The notes beneath the pieces were generated by a model. That model was not told the DNA's origin. It worked only from the letters and a program-made list of their open reading frames with translations, and did not search any database. The position numbers were made by a program, and so were the translations under genes. From Giardia intestinalis (lineage: Eukaryota), in NCBI GenBank assembly GCA_000002435.2, contig CM018792.1: a stretch of 64,000 nucleotides of DNA; one strand, given 5' to 3'. Positions 58,901-64,000 of this stretch are shown here, one piece after another. Each line of letters opens with the position of its first letter. The stretch's first letter is position 1.

Positions 58901-61900
58901 CAGTGGCTAAGCTGTGATAGTCCAGTATAAGCAGATTCGTGACAGAGTGCTGCAGACTTGCTCTTGCGTAGCTACACTCCTCGGCCTCAAAGAGCCTTTG
59001 CAGCTCCTTCTGCACTGCACCCATAAATGCATTGATGTGAACAATGACACCTTGTTGGCCTATAGTATCGCAAAGAGACATGGCTGCTTCCTGGGCTTTG
59101 GACACAGACGATTGGATAGTGGAGGCAAAATCTAAATCACCCAGTCGTTCCTTCAAAAATGCCAGTGTTTCTGAATTGACTATCCACGAACGTATCAGGG
59201 TATAGATAGCTAGCTCATTGCACAAGCAGGATAAGCTTATTGGTCCCTCATCTGTGCACAGCTTTAAAGCCATGTACACGCGCAAAGAAAAGTCCTCTAG
59301 AAGCGACCAGAACAGCACTAGCTCCTGTTCTGTAGAAACAGAGATGGGCTCCAGAAGCTCTATGCTTATGGTGTCAGCTTCATGAACTGCTCTGATTGTG
59401 GCCCCAATGCCAGATACGTAAAGCGAGGAGTACAGAGCTGACAAAACGTTATTCAGTATAATGGGGTGTCTCTTAAGATCACTAAGCTTTAGCGAAGGAA
59501 GATGCGAAACCGTCCTATGAATATGATTCTTGATCTTAGCATCTGGCTGTTCAATGGACCAGTGAAGAACATCTATATGCTGGAGCCACTCACGATATTT
59601 TCCCATTCTTAGAACAAAAAAATTATTAAGCACCAATAAATAAAGTGCCGGATTGCTCACTTTATAAATAAAAGTATTGGGAAAAGAAAGCAGATAGGGC
59701 AAGAAAAGATGGTAGAGGGGAGAAGATTCTGGGAAAGGAAACAGGTATGCATATTCTGAGAAGGTAAGAGCCTCGCAAAGAGATATGTCAGACACAGATG
59801 AATGAGCCATGTCCTTGATTGATTGCAAGAGTACGATGTGCAGGAGCATGAGCTTGCGCAGAGTGTACTTTCTCTTTGTGCGAGAGATATCAGCCTTAAT
59901 AGCCATAAGCGTCTCAGAACAAGAAGAAAGATATGCAGAGACTTGAGCCATTGACTGTTCGCTCCGTGTGGACCCTGCTAAGACTACAACTTTTACGTTG
60001 GAGCGCTTCACATGACTATTCAAATCATGGAGAAATACATCTGTGCTTTCATAACCAGTCAATTCTGGCATGCAAGAGGTCATCCAGGATAGAGTAGATG
60101 ACTCAGACCCAGAGGACAGCTCTGCACTACCTTCTCGGCCAGGATCATTAAGGTAGTCTTGTTCGAGGTCAGCACCTATGCCTGCGTCTGTCTCGTCACG
60201 AGCTAGCAAAGTTGGAAGAGTGGATAGGTAGACCTTGAGACGATCTAAAAGATTCGGCATATTCTGAAGAAACCCAGAGGTAGGAGAGTCACCAAGTTCG
60301 TGCGTATCCATTACAAATATATCTGAACGATAGTAAACAGTACATGTCTTTGCGCCTATTGACACAGAAGACTCGAGTATGTACCCTGTCTCCAGAAGGT
60401 AATCAATTGACCGCTGCACAACCTTTCTGTCTGTCTTTTTCTTTGTTAGGTCTTTGAATCCATAAGAGAGTGGAAAGGAGGTATATACCTCTGCAGGAAG
60501 CAGTGAAGCAAGTTGGACAAGATCTTGCTGGATGTATAGCGGTGTGAGCCGAAAGAAGCTGAGAATAAGCTGTGCTTTGGCACTCATTGCAATATTTCTC
60601 TGAGTATCATATGTTATAAGGGCACACTCGAGAGCATCAGGAAAGAAGCAGCCCAAAGGTGTTAGAATAGGTGTGCTGGGCTTCTGAGGAGCATTATCTG
60701 TTGGTGTGGCGCACAGAAGCGTCTGCTTAAGAGGAGAGTCTTCCTCCTGATGCATCTCATGAACAGTTATACTATTTGTAGATAAGCTGACACTGAGGGC
60801 AGAGCTAGTGGGGCCACTATGATTAGTTGAAAGAAAGCCAGCAAGGCGGGAATAACCATACCTGATTTTGCGCTCAAATGATCGTCTAGAGCCAGACCCA
60901 GAGGATGTCTTCGCAGGGGAGTCGAAAAGAGGCGTGTAAAGAGCTTGAGGTCCATGAGGAAAGTACCAATATTTGAACGCCCCCGATTCCTCGGACTTTA
61001 CAACGGGAAAAGAGGAGACTAGGACGTCTGAAATCCATTCCATGACCTTTCGTGCTAGACAGAATTGGTCTCTCAAATTAGTAAGCTGAATGCCTTCTTC
61101 TCCAGCCTGAAAAATCTTTATAAGTAGGAGCTCTGTCACAGTAGATACCCTATTTCCATAAGTGAGTGGAATTAAAAGACTTACTTCGATAGGAGTAAAT
61201 CCATCAATGGGATACAAGGTCAGTGATGGTAAGACTTGCTGCGCTGATGCAAGGGTTTGCGCGGAAGTAAGAAAAAGAAAGTTGGGGCTAAATGTCATAG
61301 GAGACATGGGGCTCATATGAAAGATGTTCTGCGAGCCCTTGTTTTCACGGCGGATTGCACTAAGAGGCTTGAAACTGAGACTTTGGGGTGTCAAAAAGCG
61401 AGAGTATACCAGTGTATCCCCCAATTTTACATAGCTTCCTAGAACACCTGCCTTATCGAGGGCAGTCGTAATAGTGTCAAGCTGAACATTGAGAGTTTTA
61501 CGAGCCTTTGCGGAATCTACGCCTAGTTCCTTAATAAAGTGATCTAGGATGTCCTCGTATGCTTGCTCTCTTCCAGTAGAGGCTAGATACTGACACACCA
61601 TCATGGCAGTGGGAGCCTTTTGGCCTTCTGGCTGGTGAGAATGAGCCCCAAAGCTGCTTAACCCCCGAGTATACTCTATAAATGCTTCACGCAACTCTTC
61701 ATCAGATCTCCTACCAAGAAAGATGGTGGCCCACACGATGTTGGATGTGTTAGTTCCCCAGTAGTCCTTGATTGCCCCTGTAAGTGTCACAGAAAGTGAA
61801 TACACCAGTCTGTTTCCTGATAAGATCTTAATGAAGCGAGACACCTGCCGACTGTCCAGCTTAGTCTTTGAAGAAATTTCCGTGGCAAGAATTCCGTGAG

Positions 61901-62204
61901 AAAAGGATGCAGCGACGGCACGAAACACAGGCTCACCATCTTCCGAGAGTCGCGTGTTCTTGGTCCCTAATACTTCCGCAGACCAACTAGGAGATGGATA
62001 AATTCGCTCGCCGAAGTCAGTAAAGCCAGGGTACTTCCTGAAAAACTCAAAGAGGCGGCGGGAAGCCTCTGAAACATCGTTAGCAGCCGAGAATTTTGGC
62101 TGCTCTAGACGAAGAAAAGTCTCTATCTCCTCCAGAGATGCCCCATTGGGTCCCTGGATGGCCATGAAGAACTTCGTGAATTGTGCGATTTGATGCCAAA
62201 ACAT
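55947..62204 (-). CDS. Very large hypothetical protein of 2,085 aa
   Basis: ATG confirmed at 62202-62204. The ORF is continuous. The N-terminal ~250 aa resemble repeated winged-helix modules. Family is unknown. Its 3' end overlaps the MutL stop by 4 nt. Confidence 0.65.
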   Translation of the reverse strand: MFWHQIAQFTKFFMAIQGPNGASLEEIETFLRLEQPKFSAANDVSEASRRLFEFFRKYPGFTDFGERIYPSPSWSAEVLGTKNTRLSEDGEPVFRAVAASFSHGILATEISSKTKLDSRQVSRFIKILSGNRLVYSLSVTLTGAIKDYWGTNTSNIVWATIFLGRRSDEELREAFIEYTRGLSSFGAHSHQPEGQKAPTAMMVCQYLASTGREQAYEDILDHFIKELGVDSAKARKTLNVQLDTITTALDKAGVLGSYVKLGDTLVYSRFLTPQSLSFKPLSAIRRENKGSQNIFHMSPMSPMTFSPNFLFLTSAQTLASAQQVLPSLTLYPIDGFTPIEVSLLIPLTYGNRVSTVTELLLIKIFQAGEEGIQLTNLRDQFCLARKVMEWISDVLVSSFPVVKSEESGAFKYWYFPHGPQALYTPLFDSPAKTSSGSGSRRSFERKIRYGYSRLAGFLSTNHSGPTSSALSVSLSTNSITVHEMHQEEDSPLKQTLLCATPTDNAPQKPSTPILTPLGCFFPDALECALITYDTQRNIAMSAKAQLILSFFRLTPLYIQQDLVQLASLLPAEVYTSFPLSYGFKDLTKKKTDRKVVQRSIDYLLETGYILESSVSIGAKTCTVYYRSDIFVMDTHELGDSPTSGFLQNMPNLLDRLKVYLSTLPTLLARDETDAGIGADLEQDYLNDPGREGSAELSSGSESSTLSWMTSCMPELTGYESTDVFLHDLNSHVKRSNVKVVVLAGSTRSEQSMAQVSAYLSSCSETLMAIKADISRTKRKYTLRKLMLLHIVLLQSIKDMAHSSVSDISLCEALTFSEYAYLFPFPESSPLYHLFLPYLLSFPNTFIYKVSNPALYLLVLNNFFVLRMGKYREWLQHIDVLHWSIEQPDAKIKNHIHRTVSHLPSLKLSDLKRHPIILNNVLSALYSSLYVSGIGATIRAVHEADTISIELLEPISVSTEQELVLFWSLLEDFSLRVYMALKLCTDEGPISLSCLCNELAIYTLIRSWIVNSETLAFLKERLGDLDFASTIQSSVSKAQEAAMSLCDTIGQQGVIVHINAFMGAVQKELQRLFEAEECSYARASLQHSVTNLLILDYHSLATAAVSDLPLKYLDLHFDGSLDKAFEYYRSSQWNTLHFILHSMKIVTLAFYDFLSQSEPNDHNPQHCVYIPSVSLKPEDIDKNILIQCVPDTRHKVHKVQLSQALVARASAPVSYWVDKVLLNMRPRGGNSSSLSINMQPTDSRGTEYCSMSLFTNSPWLLAFSTESIAAMKATGASIFQKYNRDIQRMRSARSSRLTPALQRQRHKQKQELHLREEFALLLCEESEPKNHPTEQVRALTVEDLTEMVAQYRASRRYISLSDDELRYWEHCMMHYMSLFRVVSPWMRGYASSKPNSEEDGVVALLQEQSSCTLTAVIEKYIKTNATKRDFITYGRIYSMAALSLVSPEIDVLIDLPSAKERSLLLGKFSDVITSIVRNTYRERQLSDPSETVRVANLLYLLTNKINQSPSKKLQSKLLIEKDILINCINSDSLKVEFDFEGAADPDCITYVYDKRFFDLWQPGFLLLCNDIARQSSASPATCYDCSHMIDAEEHISLLIQCILSCNMLHHANPIITYNTDQRALKVCYSTHRLLLRRTDYTEKQSLSRSGDTIQSLISFLCLPYLCNAIIHSTNVLLNDTSNGKALACQRLRDIVCSFRNKVILQQHKWAREIRMFMACTLWNPSQVNITADGAALRAIESMASNSMSDFSLQYLLASGYARQQEYGSLGYSVSKTLQKPSLISADSRNSYLSNIDMGTMTVHHAFLLLPSILFGLHRQRYRLSGSTIEELRIIDPCSIIDLEFGEEDTSFNPVEDILETYAGMDDAVSAMIGDAIQGFQEIGLELVCPLVNLTEDCNSTQKQGIDILLQKYNDTNLSLTLFNCPESKDILLGSGFFVPRRLITETVFVPLETFLASSSYEQFATEFSAISPANCSIDYADGNRYEAELSLRQIISLISLCPGITLDRLCTACVPLLPTTVCFLLNILIWDEAVEARVMVSLPDGYSVQKVISDILVIESTEFSRVVLSTNVEHLADGLYNNIVQT

Positions 62205-62390
62205 CTATGCGAGCAATGGCGGCTGGTGGTTGGCAGCTACTAATCTATACTTGCCGAAATACACTTGACAATAAAATATTTATTCTGACCAAAACCAAAA
62301 CTCGAATTTCGTGCTTTCGTTGTCACCTAATCTATGCTTCCCCCAAAACAGGGACTGACAAGATCGTCTAGAATTGCACAGCCCACACGT

Positions 62391-64000
62391 ATGCAGGTTG
62401 TGGTGAGAGTGCGGCCACCTACGAAGACAGAGCTGGAATCTGGTGTCGGGAACCTCACGTTCCTTGAAAACTCTATACAGGTAAAAGCCAATGCAACAAA
62501 GCGGCAATCTCAGGTTATAGATGAACCTGTCATCGCTGATAACACACAGACCCGAGAGAGGAGATTCACTTTCGATCACCTCTTCGAGCCTTCCTCCACT
62601 CAGGCGGAGGTTTACTATTCGATTGGGCAAGATCTTGTCGATGCAGCCCTTTCTGGAATCAATGCAGCCCTCATGTGCTACGGTGTCACGGGTTCTGGCA
62701 AAACGTATTCCCTGTCTAACCTGACCCCAAACCACGAGGGCCTAGTAGTCCGTTGCTGCTCTCATCTTTTCAACAAGGCTGCGGAAGAGAACACAGACAT
62801 ATCTATTTCGGTCAGCTATTACCAAATTTATCTTGAGCAGGTCTATGATCTGTTGGCCTTTGAGGCAGGAGAAACTGGACCCCAGGTTAAGTCGATAGAG
62901 CAGCGCACAAAGAAGCTCTCGGATCCAAAGCAGTTCATTCCTGGGCTTCCTGTCCGGGAAAATAGGGACGGAACAGTTTTTGTGGAGTCTCTTTCCTCGC
63001 ACATTTGTAGGTCAATGAGTGAGCTTCAGCAGCTACTAGCAATAGGAGAAAACAATAAGATTTTTGCGGCAACGCAGATGAACCAGGCTAGCTCCCGCTC
63101 TCACGTTATTCTAGACTTAAAAATCACGATAAATAGCGGCATGTCCGGCTCACATTCTCGATTTACAACGGAGAAGTACACCAGCAACTTCCTATTTGTC
63201 GACTTAGCTGGATCTGAGCGGCAATCTAAGACGGAAGCCGCTGGGCGTCGTTTGGAGGAGGCTAAATTTATTAACAAGAGCTTGTCTGCACTAGGTAAGA
63301 TAGTCGCTGCACTTTCTAGTAAGGGAACTGCAGAAATGAAAAGTGCAGACTCTGTGCAAGGGAGCCAAACCCCTAAGCAGCGCTCCGTGTCGTCGGCCAG
63401 CCAGACCCCGAGCATTACCAAAGATCCGCTATACTGCGATGACTTCAGCGACGATGACATCAATTCGTCTGGCTGCTTCAGTAGCCGGAGCAGCAACGCA
63501 TCGACAAGGTCGCACTCTCCAAGCGTTAACTCGATGAAGAGTGCATCACGTGACAGTCTTTTGGACGATTCCATTAAGACACACATTCCGTGGCGAGACT
63601 CGAAGCTGACTAGGCTCCTCAAGAACGTGTTGGGAGGGAATTCTCGCGCTACTCTAATGATAAACATCTCTCCGTCCAACGACATGATCCAGGAGACAGT
63701 TACTTCTCTCCTTTTCGGTCGCCGGGCGATGAGTATCGTGCAGGCACCTAAGGTGAATGTCGCAGGCTCCATGAAGGCCCTTTCAGAGCAGATGCAGGCC
63801 GAGATGATAGAATTGAAGGAGACCCTTACGAGGAAGGAGGATGAAAATACAAAACTGAAGACGTTTGTCGTTGAGCTAGAACGGACGATAACAACCCTTA
63901 ACGATCAGTTGGATGAGAAGAACAGAGACCTAGTGGAGACAGAAAATTACTATAAAGAGGTCTTAGCAAAATTGCGGCCTAAGTCTAGTCGCACGTCATG
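62391..64000 (+). CDS. Kinesin motor protein; the 5' part runs off the 3' edge of the window
   Basis: ATG at 62391. The frame was read by hand and stays open to position 64000, which is why it is absent from the track. Motifs found: MQVVVRVRPPTKTE; P-loop GVTGSGKTYS; SSRSH; DLAGSER; HIPWRDSKLTRLL. A coiled-coil stalk starts after about 63750. Confidence 0.8.
   Translation, partial: MQVVVRVRPPTKTELESGVGNLTFLENSIQVKANATKRQSQVIDEPVIADNTQTRERRFTFDHLFEPSSTQAEVYYSIGQDLVDAALSGINAALMCYGVTGSGKTYSLSNLTPNHEGLVVRCCSHLFNKAAEENTDISISVSYYQIYLEQVYDLLAFEAGETGPQVKSIEQRTKKLSDPKQFIPGLPVRENRDGTVFVESLSSHICRSMSELQQLLAIGENNKIFAATQMNQASSRSHVILDLKITINSGMSGSHSRFTTEKYTSNFLFVDLAGSERQSKTEAAGRRLEEAKFINKSLSALGKIVAALSSKGTAEMKSADSVQGSQTPKQRSVSSASQTPSITKDPLYCDDFSDDDINSSGCFSSRSSNASTRSHSPSVNSMKSASRDSLLDDSIKTHIPWRDSKLTRLLKNVLGGNSRATLMINISPSNDMIQETVTSLLFGRRAMSIVQAPKVNVAGSMKALSEQMQAEMIELKETLTRKEDENTKLKTFVVELERTITTLNDQLDEKNRDLVETENYYKEVLAKLRPKSSRTS

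Noticed and set aside
62472-62545. Possible 69-nt intron in the kinesin gene ending in gatAACACACAG, which resembles the Giardia 3' splice/branch motif CTAACACACAG
   Set aside because: The putative 5' end is GTAAAAG rather than GTATGTT or CTATGTT. The retained 23 codons keep the frame and give a plausible motor N-terminus. I treat it as coincidence.
63101-63772. Minus-strand 223-aa ORF, plus 62280-62735 and 62742-63002 on the minus strand
   Set aside because: They are antisense to the well-supported kinesin motor-domain frame on the plus strand.
1-64000. Prokaryote-style systems: operons, CRISPR arrays, defence islands, mobile elements
   Set aside because: The sequence is clearly eukaryotic. 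It encodes Pol III, TERT, kinesins and 80S ribosomal proteins. No direct-repeat arrays, IS-like terminal repeats or integrase or transposase ORFs were seen.
1-64000. tRNA, 5S or other structured RNA genes
   Set aside because: I found no GTTCGA(A/T)TCC-type T-arm or other diagnostic motifs by eye. The long gaps (6463-6916, 21638-22837, 39311-39648) remain candidates only.

Overview
The window looks like densely packed, essentially intronless eukaryotic chromosome, and the best match is Giardia intestinalis (lamblia); there is no prokaryote-style novel system here, and the notable points are individual loci. Evidence for that assignment: about 49-50% GC; about 30 long uninterrupted ORFs on both strands; very short AT-rich gaps (0-200 bp) before ATG codons; AGTAAAY-type polyadenylation signals at or near stop codons; several convergent gene pairs whose 3' ends abut or overlap; many 'Protein 21.1'-type ankyrin-repeat proteins carrying the G-x-TALM-x-AA repeat signature; NEK-like pseudokinase-ankyrin fusions; and an ADP-forming acetyl-CoA synthetase. 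Genes I recognise: telomerase reverse transcriptase (TERT); two kinesins, one running off the 3' edge; an RNA polymerase largest subunit whose active-site and bridge-helix motifs fit Pol III RPC1; ribosomal proteins S28e, L14e and S20 (uS10); RNase P/MRP subunit POP1; a stand-alone ASC-1/TRIP4-type zinc-finger protein; a WD40 protein; a PMS-type MutL homologue; an IQ-motif protein; a MATE-like polytopic membrane protein; and several very large proteins with no recognisable family (1,168, 1,703 and 2,085 aa). Caution on the supplied ORF track: many ORFs begin with TTG or GTG that is printed as M. I checked the start codon of each call and moved starts to the first in-frame ATG where needed. Doing this exposed loci with no usable ATG or with in-frame stops: one split ORF, one ankyrin-repeat pseudogene remnant, and one ATG-less 166-codon ORF. 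I found no tRNA, rRNA or CRISPR features, and the only ncRNA hint is a weak C/D-box-like stretch at 39311-39648. Findings below are ordered by coordinate.
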